Source: Methanobacteriota archaeon (GTDB lineage: Archaea; Thermoplasmatota; E2; DHVEG-1). From it: a DNA stretch of 64,000 bases. Every line of letters starts with the position of its first letter. The stretch's first letter is position 1. The stretch spans positions 224,001 through 288,000 of the forward strand of contig CAVYNH010000007.1 in NCBI GenBank assembly GCA_963769885.1, read 5' to 3'. The notes under the pieces are model-generated. The model did no database searches, was not told the origin of the DNA, and was given only the letters and a program-made list of their open reading frames with translations. The position numbers were made by a program, and so were the translations under genes. Shown here piece by piece: positions 9,922-20,768 of the stretch.

Positions 9922-10455
9922 ATGACGAAGGAGGAGCTTATTCAAGGATTGAAGGACTGCGGCGCCATCAAGTTCGGCCGCTTCGTCCTCACCAGCGGCG
10001 CCATCAGTGACTACTACATCGACATCAAGAAAGCCAGCACGGACCCTCGAATCCTGAAGACGATTGCCCATGAAATGAGCACCTACGCCGACGGTTACGA
10101 TTTGCTGGCGGGTATGGAGCTGGGCGCGGTCCCCCTTGTCGTCGCCGTCGCCCTAGAGACCGGCATCCCCTACGTTATCATCCGCAAGGAGAGACGAGAG
10201 CACGGGACCGGCAAACAGATCGAAGGCCCTGACGTCGGCGGCCACCACGTTCTCCTCATCGAAGACGTCACCACCAGCGGTAGCTCGGTCGTGAAATCCA
10301 TCGGCATCCTGCGGGCAGGCCACGCGTACGTAGATAAAGTCCTCACTGTCGTCGACCGGGAGGCCGGCGCACGGGATATCCTCGGCAAACTTGATGTCAC
10401 CTTCACTCCGTTACTGTCAGTCAGTGAAATTCTTCACAAGAAGAAAGAAGCATGA
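9922..10455 (+). CDS. pyrE: Orotate phosphoribosyltransferase
   Basis: GRFVLTSG..SDYYIDIK, IRKE, IEDVTTSGSS. Confidence 0.96.
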   Translation: MTKEELIQGLKDCGAIKFGRFVLTSGAISDYYIDIKKASTDPRILKTIAHEMSTYADGYDLLAGMELGAVPLVVAVALETGIPYVIIRKERREHGTGKQIEGPDVGGHHVLLIEDVTTSGSSVVKSIGILRAGHAYVDKVLTVVDREAGARDILGKLDVTFTPLLSVSEILHKKKEA

Positions 10456-10472
10456 GGGAAAGGGGAGAAACG

Positions 10473-11807
10473 ATGAACGTTCTAGTGGTCGGTGGTGGAG
10501 CCAGGGAACATGCTATTTGCTCAGCCGTCGCCAAATCGAAGAACGCGACCTTGTTTTCAGTCATGGGAAACCGTAATCCGGGTATCGAACAGTTGGCGAC
10601 GGAGATCCTCATAGAAAAGGAGACGGACATCGGAGCGGTCACCAAGTTCGCCGTTGACTGCCATATCGATCTCGTCTTGGTCGGCCCGGAGGCACCGTTA
10701 GAGGCCGGGCTCGTTGACGAATTGCAGAAGGCGGGGGTCGCAGCTTGTGCTCCGACGAAGGCGGCGGCCCGTATCGAGACTGACAAGGAATTCATGCGCT
10801 CTCTTCTGCAGCGGCATCATATCCCGGGGCAGCTCGCCTATGAGGTTGTGACGAACCCGGCGGATGCGAAGGCGTTTATCGACAAATTCCATGGAGAAGT
10901 CGCCCTCAAACCGATCGGGTTGACCGGTGGGAAGGGCGTCCGCGTCGCCGGCGATCATTTCACGGGCATCCAGGAGGCTCTCAACTACGTCACTGAGGTG
11001 ATCGAGAAGAAGATCGGCGGGGCCGCGAAGATTCTGCTTGAGGAGAAGGCCACGGGGGAGGAGTTCACGCTGCAGGCGTTCACGGACGGGGAGCATCTCG
11101 CGCCGTTGCCCGCGGTCCAGGACCATAAACGGCTGCTGCCGGACGATAAGGGACCGAACACCGGAGGTATGGGGTCGTACTCCTGCATCGACGGTCTGTT
11201 GCCGTTCCTGCGGGAAAACGAGTACAAAGAAGGCCTGCATATCCTTGAGTCGATCGTTCAGGCGTTAAGGAAGGAGGGCCACCCCTACATCGGCCCGATC
11301 TACGGGCAGTTCATGCTCACGCATTCAGAGGTGAAGTTGATCGAGATCAACGCGCGGTTCGGAGACCCTGAGGTGATGAACGTGCTGCCCTTACTGCAGA
11401 CGGATTTATTGGAGGTCTGCTCTGCGATGCAGACGCAAACACTGGCAAAGCATCCGTTGGTACTGGCGAAGAAATCCACGGTCTGCAAGTACGTCGTCCC
11501 AGAAGGCTACGGGGTGCAGAGCATGAGCGGGTATCCGATCTCCGTGGATGAGGCTGCCATAAAGTCGCTGGGAGCCCTCGTGTTCTATGCGTCTGTGAAC
11601 AAGACGGACCAGGGGATTCTGACGGGGATGAGCCGTGCGGTCGCGGTCGTGGGCATCGCGGATACCATCGACGCTGCTGAGAAGCAGTGTGAGGCCGGAC
11701 TTTCGTATATCACAGGCGAGCATTTGTTCGTCCGGCATGACATCGGCACTCGTCCGCTGCTGGAGCGGCGCAGCACCCATATGCAGAAGATCCGAGGGAA
11801 GCCATGA
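10473..11807 (+). CDS. purD: Phosphoribosylamine-glycine ligase
   Basis: VVGGGAREHA, VGPEAPL, QDHKRL..D.GPNTGGMG, EINARFGDPE. Confidence 0.97.
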   Translation: MNVLVVGGGAREHAICSAVAKSKNATLFSVMGNRNPGIEQLATEILIEKETDIGAVTKFAVDCHIDLVLVGPEAPLEAGLVDELQKAGVAACAPTKAAARIETDKEFMRSLLQRHHIPGQLAYEVVTNPADAKAFIDKFHGEVALKPIGLTGGKGVRVAGDHFTGIQEALNYVTEVIEKKIGGAAKILLEEKATGEEFTLQAFTDGEHLAPLPAVQDHKRLLPDDKGPNTGGMGSYSCIDGLLPFLRENEYKEGLHILESIVQALRKEGHPYIGPIYGQFMLTHSEVKLIEINARFGDPEVMNVLPLLQTDLLEVCSAMQTQTLAKHPLVLAKKSTVCKYVVPEGYGVQSMSGYPISVDEAAIKSLGALVFYASVNKTDQGILTGMSRAVAVVGIADTIDAAEKQCEAGLSYITGEHLFVRHDIGTRPLLERRSTHMQKIRGKP

Positions 11808-12583
11808 GTGGCGAGGAACCGATCTATGTGTATTTTATCGGGACCGCAGGGTCGGGGAAGTCGACGCTTGCGGCGAATTTCAAGAAATGGATGGGCCTGC
11901 GCAGCCTGGATGCGATCACCGTGAACCTCGACCCAGGCGCGGAGCACCTACCGTACGAACCTGATGTTGACATCAGGGATTGGATCAGCCTTGAGGAGGT
12001 GATGGAGACCAATGAGCTAGGGCCGAACGGCGCACAGGTCGTCTGCGCGGACATGATTGCCCTTAACACCGGCGAGGTCGAGGAGAGCATCGGCACGTTC
12101 AAACCAGATTATATCCTGATGGACACACCCGGGCAGCTGGAGCTGTTCGTGTTCCGAGAGGCGGGGAAGTACACCATCCAGTTCCTCAGCCCCTGCAACG
12201 CCGCGGTCTGCTACTTGCTCGACCCCCTGTTGGCACGGACGGCGTCCGGGTTCGTGTCTCAATTGTTGTTGTCACTGACGACGCACTTCCGGCTGAACCA
12301 GCCGCAGGTCAACGTCCTCAGCAAAGCTGACGTGCTCGCGCCAAAAGAGCTATGGCTGGTGCAGAAATGGTCGGATAACCCTGACGAGCTAGAGACCGCG
12401 CTGATGACTGAGGCGTCCTCAGTTTATCGCGAATTAAGCGAAGGTATCCTGCGACTGCTCAAGGAGGTCGGCGGCTACACGCGACTACTCGCCTCGTCAA
12501 AGGAGAATCTCAAAGGCATCGACGACATCTATACCCGCCTTCAGATGCAGTTCCACGGCGGGGAAGACCTTACAAAAGACTGA
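11804..12583 (+). CDS. GPN-loop GTPase
   Basis: GTAGSGKST, VNLDP, LGPNGA, DTPGQLELF. Confidence 0.95.
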   Translation: MSGEEPIYVYFIGTAGSGKSTLAANFKKWMGLRSLDAITVNLDPGAEHLPYEPDVDIRDWISLEEVMETNELGPNGAQVVCADMIALNTGEVEESIGTFKPDYILMDTPGQLELFVFREAGKYTIQFLSPCNAAVCYLLDPLLARTASGFVSQLLLSLTTHFRLNQPQVNVLSKADVLAPKELWLVQKWSDNPDELETALMTEASSVYRELSEGILRLLKEVGGYTRLLASSKENLKGIDDIYTRLQMQFHGGEDLTKD

Positions 12584-12630
12584 CCAGACGTCTCTTCACA
12601 TCCAGTCATTTTTCAATCAGAGAAGGCAAT

Positions 12631-13560
12631 TTAGGTTGTTTTGATCGTCCCGAGCACCGGCTCGAAGACGAACCCCTTGTCCATCAGTCCTGTGAGCGCC
12701 TCTTCGACCGCGGTCTCGGTCAATCCCTGCTTCTTGCATTCCTCCACGATCGCGTCCCAGGGCGCGCCTTCTGCGCTCTCCAGGCTCTTGACAACCTCGA
12801 GCACCACGGTCTCCGCGTCCTTCGCCTCCTCTTTCTTCGCGGCAGGTGCTTTCTGTTTCGTCTTCTTCGCTGCGGGAGGGGCTTTCTCGCGATGTTCCTT
12901 GGCCTCGGTTGCTTCTTGCGTCTTGGCTTCCTCGAAGTCCTCTTTTCCGGTCGGCGCGATGTACTGCAAGGATTCGCGGATCAAGGTGACGTACTTCGTC
13001 GTATCCAGCGACCCATACCGCTTCAACGCGGTGACGACGCCCTCCGCCAGGTCCTTGCTGACTCCGACCTTACGGAGGTCGTAGACGTTGGGCTGCACCA
13101 TCTTCATCGCCTCAGTAATCGCGAGGATCCGCTGCCGCGTCTGCTGGCACGTTTCGATGATCCAGCGGTCGCGAGCCTCCGCCGTCACCTCGTGGACCAT
13201 CTCCGGGCGCACCGATAGATACAGCGTCCCTGGCTCCGGCTCATACGTGCGGACCTTGCCGACGATGGCGACGAACGCCGGGACCTCGATACGTTGCAGA
13301 TGGTTCGTGGCCTCCTGCTGGTACTGCCCAGAATAAATGGTGAACACCCCGGTGGGATCGGAGATGTGCGCGCGAAGATAGTCGCCGCCCTCGGTGACGT
13401 TCTCCACATCGGTGAGCACCCCGGTGATGTAGACCCGGTTTATCTTCCCCCCAAGCGGGGTGACGATATAGGAGGGAACTTTCTCGCCGGTGCCTTTCAG
13501 CTCGATGGTCGCGTCGTTGTACTCCGCGGCGAACACCCGCCAGGCCGGCTCTCGCTTCAT
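12631..13560 (-). CDS. RPA-associated/RPA32-like OB-fold protein with C-terminal wH
   Basis: REPAWRVFAAE, TPLG..INRV, DPTGVF..YSGQYQ, C-terminal wH (LMDKGFVFEP); ATGA-coupled to rpa. Confidence 0.85.
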   Translation of the reverse strand: MKREPAWRVFAAEYNDATIELKGTGEKVPSYIVTPLGGKINRVYITGVLTDVENVTEGGDYLRAHISDPTGVFTIYSGQYQQEATNHLQRIEVPAFVAIVGKVRTYEPEPGTLYLSVRPEMVHEVTAEARDRWIIETCQQTRQRILAITEAMKMVQPNVYDLRKVGVSKDLAEGVVTALKRYGSLDTTKYVTLIRESLQYIAPTGKEDFEEAKTQEATEAKEHREKAPPAAKKTKQKAPAAKKEEAKDAETVVLEVVKSLESAEGAPWDAIVEECKKQGLTETAVEEALTGLMDKGFVFEPVLGTIKTT

Positions 13561-14848
13561 CGTAGGTCCTCCAGCTGTTCCGTGATCGCCTCGGCCTCCT
13601 TAGTAATGTCGAAATCATGCAGGCTGGCGTCATGCGCGATGATGGTGACGCCGAAGTTGTCGCCCAGGGCGTTGCCGGCGACGAGGAGCCGATGGCCGAA
13701 GAGCGTCTTCGATAGAGTTTCTTCCAGCGTCGCCGCTTGCTCTTGTAATTCGGAGAGGGATTTGCCTAGGAGTTTTTCGGTCTGCGGTCGGCCCAGGATC
13801 GTGCCGATCGAGCCGCTGCCGTCGTCCACGGTCAGTTTCAGGCGGACGTCGGGGATGCCGGTGACCTGCCCATGGGTCGGGCAGCCTGTCTCCAGTAGCA
13901 CGCGGTTGCAGTCGGGGCAGCGTAGGACGACGCCGGAGCCGCGCCGGACCTCGATGATGGTTCCTTCCACCTCGATGTCAAGTGCACCGTTGCGGTCCAC
14001 GAGTTCCGAGAGTGAGATCCGTTGGGTCTTCACCTCTTTCTTGGGGATGATGTCCGCGTCGACTGTTTCGACCGCGGATTTTTCGTCGAACGAGAGTTGT
14101 GGGATGCCTTTCCAGGTCTTGACGTAGCCGCCGGAGACCTTGATGACCATGTCTTCTTTGAGGCTGAAGTCATGCCAGGCGGTGAACTGGGCTTTGCCGG
14201 TTTCGTCGCCGATCAGGCCGGAGTAGACGGTCTTTTTCTGTCCATTGGCTTCGACCTCGCGTGTCGTCAATTCGAGGATGCGGCCGGTGAGTTCGACGGC
14301 GGAGAGTCCCCCGCGGAGGTCCTTGACCTTGAAGGCGCGTGGCTCTGAGCTGATCTCGGGGATTCTGGCGTCGTCGGTCTTGGTGAGTCGGGTGCGGTCG
14401 CCGAAGTTGAGTTTGACTACACCTTGCCATTCCTTGGTGTAGGCGTTGGCGATTTCGAGGACGTCGCCTTTGTTGATGTCGAAGTCTTTCCAGGCGGTGA
14501 AAGCGACGGTGCCGGATTCGTCGCCGAGGATGCCGTAATAGATCGTGCGTTTTTCTCCTTTGACGGTGATCTCGCGGGGGTTGACGGAGACGATGCGGGC
14601 GAGGATGTTAACGCTTTGGAGGTTGGGTTTGAGGTCGACGATGAGGGTGCGTTCCGTGGATGGCCGTGGGCGTTCGGTGGTCGTGTATTTCTTGACGAGG
14701 GTCTGTTTGGCGTGGTCCGCGGGGACGCCGTAGTCGAGGAAGCGGCGGAGCTCTTTTCCAGCTCCTCGCGGCTGACGTCTCTGCCTTGGTTTTCGCGGAG
14801 TTCTTCGAGGATGTCGTCGATGTACTGCGCGAACTCGTCGTCGGTCAT
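13557..14848 (-). CDS. rpa: Replication protein A (multi-OB + Zn finger), frameshift at about 14754-14757
   Basis: Joining MTDDEFAQY...ELEK to ELRRFLDYGVP... gives tandem OB folds (GILGDESG, GLIGDETG) and RCPDCNRV...CPTHG. Confidence 0.88.
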
Positions 14849-15345
14849 GGCCCTCAATCCTCTCCCATTCTATTCTCGATGGTGGAATAGGTACACGCTA
14901 TATAAAACCTAAGGAGCAACCATTTTCTTACAGAAGAACAATATTCACTCCGCACGGCCTTCGAGGGTGCGATACTATTTCTTCTGGGAAATCACTATGC
15001 GAACTTTGATGCGCCTCGCGCACGTTGTCCTTCTCGACCTGGTTCAACGAGATGTCATGTTTTTGCTCATGCGTCCTCAATACACGGTATCTCACGGGGT
15101 GTTAACAGGAGATGATTACTAAAATGAAAAATCATTGACCATTATTCTTTTCCTTTTTCAAATATTCAGCGGTCTCAGGTAATATTTCGTCTTTTATTGA
15201 AGAGTATGATTGATTACTAGTCCTGCACCTCCCCGAGAAACGCTATTTATTGGTTATTTTGTATCGAATACAATCAATGATAAATGTTAAATATAAAATA
15301 GGGTTTTCTCAATTTACATAATTTTTGACGGAGGAGGAATAAACA

Positions 15346-16527
15346 ATGGAAAGAAAAATTGTAGGCATGGCTATTTGTATGCTGATGATAGTCGCTGCCA
15401 TCGTACCAGCAGCAATGACGCGAGAGAACAGCAGCTCACAGCAGATGGATGCTGCTACCGCGGTACCCGAAACCGAAAACGGCTGTGGTTGCTTCGGTGA
15501 GTCGGTAGTCGCATGGGAGCAGCTGCCCGACATAAATGAAACGGGCATTGATATCTGCGTGGATCGCATCGAGGGGAATATTACCCGGATGATTGCGGAT
15601 GACTTCCGCTGTAATTCGACTGGGCCGCTCACCGATATCCATCTCTGGGGCTCCTGGTTGAATGATATCAAAGGGAATATCACTAAAATCCATCTGAGTA
15701 TCCACTCGGACATCCCTGTTGGACCAGGCCAGAATTATAGTATACCTGGTCAAGAGCTCTGGCAAAAGGATTTCTACCCTGGACAATTCACCGAGTGGTT
15801 ATACTACCAAGGGAGCAATTACCCAGAATGGTGGTGGGATCCCTGGACTGGCTTGCTGCTTCCCCATAATCACGTCAATATCTGGGAGTACGATATCACT
15901 GTTCCTGACAATCAGACGTTCAAGCAGAATGGGACCACGCAGAAGCCTGTCGTCTACTGGCTTGATGTCTATGTCGAGGTGCAGGGCGGACGATTTGGGT
16001 GGAAGACCTCGTGGCAGCACTGGAACGACGATGCAGTCTTATATAACAGTCAGCAACCCCCGCACTGGTTTGAGTTGCGGTACCCTGAACCGCATCCTAA
16101 TTATGGGAAGTCTATCGACATGGCATTCCGGATCACCAAGCCGAAATGCTGTTTCATACAGACGTGGCCAACATTGAAGCGAAAGCTCTTCATCGGGACA
16201 TTCCAGATTCCTGTCCTTAACATCTGCAATCAGAGCTTCCCCAGCGGTTCTGTGCGCGTCACGTGGACGTTCACAAACACAGGGCCTTCGAACATGATTT
16301 GTTTCCCGGCAAGCCCCTGGTTGGTTCCAACTACAGTTACAGCGACGAGAACCTTCATGCTCACATACTCGGGCAGTTGGGTGTCAGGGGGGACAGAACC
16401 CGTTAAGACTCCGATATTAATAGGGTTGCCGAGGAACTCTTTTATTGTCACCCTGCAGATAGATGACTGCCCACCAGAAGTCCACCACGGTGGAATGTTA
16501 TTCCTCTTTTTCGGCTGGTATCAGTGA
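15346..16527 (+). CDS. Secreted protein (signal peptide, Trp-rich beta domain, C-terminal module)
   Basis: GGAGG RBS, Sec signal, WEQLPD...ADDF.C...IHLWGSW...YWL...GWKTS...DMAFRI domain. Confidence 0.8.
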   Translation: MERKIVGMAICMLMIVAAIVPAAMTRENSSSQQMDAATAVPETENGCGCFGESVVAWEQLPDINETGIDICVDRIEGNITRMIADDFRCNSTGPLTDIHLWGSWLNDIKGNITKIHLSIHSDIPVGPGQNYSIPGQELWQKDFYPGQFTEWLYYQGSNYPEWWWDPWTGLLLPHNHVNIWEYDITVPDNQTFKQNGTTQKPVVYWLDVYVEVQGGRFGWKTSWQHWNDDAVLYNSQQPPHWFELRYPEPHPNYGKSIDMAFRITKPKCCFIQTWPTLKRKLFIGTFQIPVLNICNQSFPSGSVRVTWTFTNTGPSNMICFPASPWLVPTTVTATRTFMLTYSGSWVSGGTEPVKTPILIGLPRNSFIVTLQIDDCPPEVHHGGMLFLFFGWYQ

Positions 16528-16540
16528 AAATTGATATCGC

Positions 16541-16570
16541 CTTCCCCCCCTTTTTTTTATCTTTTTTTAT
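16541..16570 (+). terminator. Pyrimidine/T-tract archaeal terminator (similar tracts at about 33901-33932, 35630-35667, 38270, 39640, 44600, 47760)
   Basis: CTTCCCCCCCTTTTTTTTATCTTTTTTTAT immediately after the stop codon. Confidence 0.6.
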
Positions 16571-16612
16571 CTTAAATTCATTTCATGAATCATTTTCTGG
16601 AGATGATACCCC

Positions 16613-18514
16613 TTGATAGACCATCGACCGAAGAAAAGCAATCACCACGGATTTTTGATAATAGCAGTCGCCGTCGTCGTGTCGTTGACCTTGGTTTTGC
16701 CAACGGAGGCTGCTATAGTAGGCGAAAAAACACCCCGCCCGGGTCCGGTTCTGAATGAAATAAAAGAGTATCGAGTGATAAAACCACTAGCAGGGCGAGG
16801 CGACGACATTTTAATCTCAAATTCATCAGGCGATAATATTCTACCGAGTATCACAAAAGACGCAGCAGGCAATACCGTCGTTACCTGGACCAACCAACAG
16901 AACCCAACAACATGGAACATGGGAATCGCGTACTCCCCCACTCCTACAAATCCGATGTCTTGGACTGGTTATGTCATAACCTTACAAGGAACTACCAAGG
17001 TCTATTCCTCTGATACTGCCTACGTAAACGGTCCCGGCCCCAATGGATACCAAGGACTATATGGAGTCGACATATACTCTGACACTCAAAAAGTTGGTTA
17101 CTACCAAATTGCAGATATTACAACTGATCCAAACACCTGGCTCTTCTACTACAGGAATAACACAGCTGAAAATTCAACCTATGCAACTGTTGAAGATCAA
17201 GGTTACTACTCTGAACCCTATATGAACAATACCGGCCCGGTAAACATGTATATCTATCACTGGAATTCATCGGGTCATAACATCCCTGACTGTCCAATAT
17301 ACCTGCTATTTGACCCGTTCAAAAACTCATCTACCACATTCTTTGATGGGCAATCTCACCTCTGGACTGCACCTGCCAAAGACCCGGCCATGGCGATGAA
17401 ACCAAATTGGTTCCATCTTATTTGGCAATATCACAATGCAACCACGAATAAGGATCAGATTGTGTATAAGAAGATAAAACCGTCTGTAGAAGCAAACATC
17501 GAATCTACCCCCTATCAAATGTACATAGGGAATGGAACGAACCCTGCTATCACCTCTTATGTGAGCAGAATTTCAAATATTTCCAATCACACTGCGGTGG
17601 TCTATATCGCTGGCGGAGTGATCGTCGTCGTCACAACAAGAGATGATGCAGAGGAATTAAAATGGACACCTCCGGTCGTCATCGGACCAGGAGCGTTCCC
17701 CGATATCGTGGCAAGAGGTGACAAATTATATTGTGCATATGTCAATAATGGGAACCTCTATGTTACCATGTCAGCGGATGATGGGGGAAACTGGACGACA
17801 CCTGAACAAATCAATGATGTGAACGGCACAGTTTCCGCAGAAGAAAACGAAATTGACATACACTCTGCAGGCGTAGTATGGGTGGATACTAGAGGTGCAG
17901 ACAAGGAAATATACTATGCCCCTCTCCCTGGTTTGGCAAATGACCCACCGAACCCCCCAACCATCGATGGCCCAACAAGTGGAAATGCGGGGGCTCACTG
18001 TCAATATGGGTTTACTGCTTTAGACCCAAATGACGACAATGTCTCCTATTTCATCGATTGGGGCGACCACACAACTAGCGGCTGGCTTGGTCCCAACCCT
18101 TCAGGACAAGAAATAGTTGTCAACCATACCTGGACTCAAAAAGGTGCTTATACAATTGCCGCGAAAGCACAAGATATCTATGATGATGAAAGCAACTGGT
18201 CGACGTTCAACGTTTCTATGCATGGCCCACGGACGTTTCTCATTGGACTCATTCACAATTTGACTTTTTCAGGGGATTATATCACCTTCAATCCAACCTT
18301 GGTTCTGGCGGTATGGCTGTCTCCATTCAGTTTCACTACGTATGCTAGCGGGCAGATAATGATTTCAAAGAATCATACTGGAGTCTTGGGGAAACGGTTC
18401 ATCGTCGGTATGTTCAGCGTGACTGTGCTCACCAAATTTTCATTATCAAAATTTGACCACAATAGACATTCATCTTTTCCTCTGGTTTTCCCTCGAGAAA
18501 TCATAGACCTTTGA
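16613..18514 (+). CDS. Secreted BNR/Asp-box (sialidase-like propeller) protein with PKD domain
   Basis: Signal peptide, Asp-box SADDGGNW, PKD IDWGD...NHTWTQKGAY; lower GC than flanks. Confidence 0.8.
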   Translation: MIDHRPKKSNHHGFLIIAVAVVVSLTLVLPTEAAIVGEKTPRPGPVLNEIKEYRVIKPLAGRGDDILISNSSGDNILPSITKDAAGNTVVTWTNQQNPTTWNMGIAYSPTPTNPMSWTGYVITLQGTTKVYSSDTAYVNGPGPNGYQGLYGVDIYSDTQKVGYYQIADITTDPNTWLFYYRNNTAENSTYATVEDQGYYSEPYMNNTGPVNMYIYHWNSSGHNIPDCPIYLLFDPFKNSSTTFFDGQSHLWTAPAKDPAMAMKPNWFHLIWQYHNATTNKDQIVYKKIKPSVEANIESTPYQMYIGNGTNPAITSYVSRISNISNHTAVVYIAGGVIVVVTTRDDAEELKWTPPVVIGPGAFPDIVARGDKLYCAYVNNGNLYVTMSADDGGNWTTPEQINDVNGTVSAEENEIDIHSAGVVWVDTRGADKEIYYAPLPGLANDPPNPPTIDGPTSGNAGAHCQYGFTALDPNDDNVSYFIDWGDHTTSGWLGPNPSGQEIVVNHTWTQKGAYTIAAKAQDIYDDESNWSTFNVSMHGPRTFLIGLIHNLTFSGDYITFNPTLVLAVWLSPFSFTTYASGQIMISKNHTGVLGKRFIVGMFSVTVLTKFSLSKFDHNRHSSFPLVFPREIIDL

Positions 18515-20147
18515 TGTTGCCTTTGCTATCTAGCGTGATCTTCGCGGAGTGCGGGGTCGGCGGGAGTCCCGGCATAGTGGTGATCTTGCCGGTCATGGGG
18601 ACGAGGAACCCGGCGCCGGCGGAGAACTTAATCTCCCGGATCGTGATCTTGAAGCCGGTGGGCCTGCCGAGGAGCGCGGGATCGTCGGAAAGGGAGTACG
18701 GCGTCTTGGCGATGCAGATGGGGAGGCGGCCCAGGCCGAGTTCTTCGGCGAGTTTGACGTCGCTTTCCGCGGCGACCGTGTAGATGACGCGGTCGGCGCC
18801 GTACATAGTGATAGCGATGGTCTCGATCTTCTCCTTGATAGGGAGTTTTGGGTCGTAGAGCATCTTGAAGTGAGAGGGGGTGTTGTGGATGAGGCTGATG
18901 AGTTTTCCGGCGAGTTCGACGCCGCCTTCGCCGCCGTGGTCCCAGACTTCGACGGGAGCGACGGGGATGTGTTTCTGGTTGCAGTAGGCTTCGACGACGT
19001 CGATTTCCTGGTCGGTGTCGTCGAGGAAGCGGTTGATGGCGACGATGACCGGTACTTGGAAGCGGGCGATGTTCTCGAGGTGTTTTTCGAGGTTGGCGAA
19101 GCCTGCTTTGACGGCGTTGAGGTCGGTGCCGCCGCCGTGGCGTTTGAGGCCTTTGATCGTGACCACAAGAACGACCGCGTCGGGTTTGAGTTTGCCGGTG
19201 CGGCAGACGATATCGAAGAATTTCTCGGCGCCGAGTTCAGAGCCGAATCCGGCTTCGGTGACGAAGTAGTCGGCGAGCTTCAATCCAATGGTATCGGCGA
19301 GGAGGCTGTTGGTGCCGTGGGCGATGTTGGCGAAGGGGCCGCCGTGGACGAAGGCGGGGACGCCTTCGATGGTTTGGACGAGGTTTGGCATGATGGCGTC
19401 TTTGAGGAGGACGCTCATGGCGCCGACGGCGTTGAGCTCGGCGGCGGTGATTGGGGTGCTGGTGTAGGTGTAGGCGACGATGATGCGGCCGAGGCGTGTT
19501 TTGAGGTCTTTGAGGTCTTTGGCGAGGCACAGGATCGCCATGACCTCGGAGGCGGGTGTGATGGCGAATTCGACTTCGTGGGGGACGCCATCGCTGGGGC
19601 CGCCCAGGCCGATGACGGTGTTACGGAGGGCGCGGTCGCTGATGTCGAGGACGCGGGGCCAGACGATGTAGCGGGGGTCGATGTGGTAGGTGTTGCCGTA
19701 GTGGATGTGGTTGTCGACGAGGCTGGCGAGGAGGTTGTGGGCGCTGGTGATGGCGTGCATGTCGCCGGTGAAGTGGAGGTTGATGTCTTCCATGGGGAGG
19801 ACTTGGGCGTAGCCGCCGCCGGTGGCGCCGCCTTTCATGCCCATGATGGGGCCGAGGCTGGGTTCGCGGATGGCGAGCATGGTTTTTTTTGCGAGGTGTT
19901 GGAGTGCTTGGGCGAGGCCGATGGTGACGGTGGTTTTTCCTTCGCCGGCGGGGGTGGGGTTCATGGTGGTGACGAGGATGAGCTTGCCCTGTTTTTTATT
20001 AGCAAGTTTGGGGAGGATGTCGAGTTTTACTTTGGCTTTGTGTTCGCCCCAGCAGATGTAGTCGTCGGGGGTGAGGCCGGCTTTGGCGGCGATCTCGCTG
20101 ATGGGGAGGATGGTGCTGGTGCGGGCGATCTCGAGGTCGGATTTCAT
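18501..20147 (-). CDS. fhs: Formate-tetrahydrofolate ligase
   Basis: PTPAGEGKTT, KGGATGGGY, INLHFTGD, HGGPFANIAHG, TEAGFG, TMPGLP. Confidence 0.98.
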   Translation of the reverse strand: MKSDLEIARTSTILPISEIAAKAGLTPDDYICWGEHKAKVKLDILPKLANKKQGKLILVTTMNPTPAGEGKTTVTIGLAQALQHLAKKTMLAIREPSLGPIMGMKGGATGGGYAQVLPMEDINLHFTGDMHAITSAHNLLASLVDNHIHYGNTYHIDPRYIVWPRVLDISDRALRNTVIGLGGPSDGVPHEVEFAITPASEVMAILCLAKDLKDLKTRLGRIIVAYTYTSTPITAAELNAVGAMSVLLKDAIMPNLVQTIEGVPAFVHGGPFANIAHGTNSLLADTIGLKLADYFVTEAGFGSELGAEKFFDIVCRTGKLKPDAVVLVVTIKGLKRHGGGTDLNAVKAGFANLEKHLENIARFQVPVIVAINRFLDDTDQEIDVVEAYCNQKHIPVAPVEVWDHGGEGGVELAGKLISLIHNTPSHFKMLYDPKLPIKEKIETIAITMYGADRVIYTVAAESDVKLAEELGLGRLPICIAKTPYSLSDDPALLGRPTGFKITIREIKFSAGAGFLVPMTGKITTMPGLPPTPHSAKITLDSKGNIKGL

Positions 20148-20239
20148 AAGGATTGGTGTTGGGAAGGGGTGGTGGGTATTTAAAAAAAACGATTGTTTTC
20201 TACTTGTTTAATCTCCCTTGAAGGTGTATTCAAGGGAGG

Positions 20240-20629
20240 TTACTGTGAGGATGATGGTTTTCGCATCGTCCAGAGCCGGTCCGGCAGGCTCGTGTAAATC
20301 GTGCCTCTCGCCCGGTGACCGACGACCGTTCCTTGGATAAACGGCTTGACTTCTTCCGCGATCGCCAGCCGCTGCAGGATCCAGAGGTGGATTCGCCATG
20401 TCCGCCCGTCGTGCAGGACGAACTCCTCCCGCTGGGACTTCACTAGGCCTCGCTCCTCGAGCAGATAGAACAATTTGCGGTCCGTGTTGTCGAGGAGGTT
20501 ATCCAAGACGCAGTCGTCGAACCCGAACAGATCCATGACGATGCCCGCAAACCGGTGCGCCTCCTCTGTGTTGATGGCGAGCCGTAGCTCGATAGCCTTT
20601 GCTAAAGAATGAATCGTGATAACCGGCAT
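20240..20629 (-). CDS. DUF6015-like winged-helix protein
   Basis: VMDLFGFDD..LDN.L...DRKLFYLLEERGL....REE..L.DGR.WRIH.W...IY..LPD..W; paralogue at 28554. Confidence 0.7.
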   Translation of the reverse strand: MPVITIHSLAKAIELRLAINTEEAHRFAGIVMDLFGFDDCVLDNLLDNTDRKLFYLLEERGLVKSQREEFVLHDGRTWRIHLWILQRLAIAEEVKPFIQGTVVGHRARGTIYTSLPDRLWTMRKPSSSQ

Positions 20630-20768
20630 TCCGCGTCAGAGCCCCCCGAAATCCATTAATACATGTTTTTATCTCAAGGTTTAAATAATTTTTGATTCCG
20701 TTTAAGAACAGGAGGGAGCCTTGGAGGGTGAACAAACCCTTAAATCACACGGACCGATTCCCAGCCCC

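Noticed and set aside
14750-14760. Programmed -1 frameshift in rpa
   Set aside because: It is not a canonical X XXY YYZ slippery heptamer, and similar indels in four other genes point to sequencing error.
18549-20183. Long antisense or alternate-frame ORFs (18549-20183 +, 21622-22752 -, 22266-23258 -, 41710-42570 +, 44768-45871 -, 47878-48945 +)
   Set aside because: They are shadows of well-identified genes, produced by high GC3 and strong skew. Their composition is low-complexity and they carry no motifs.
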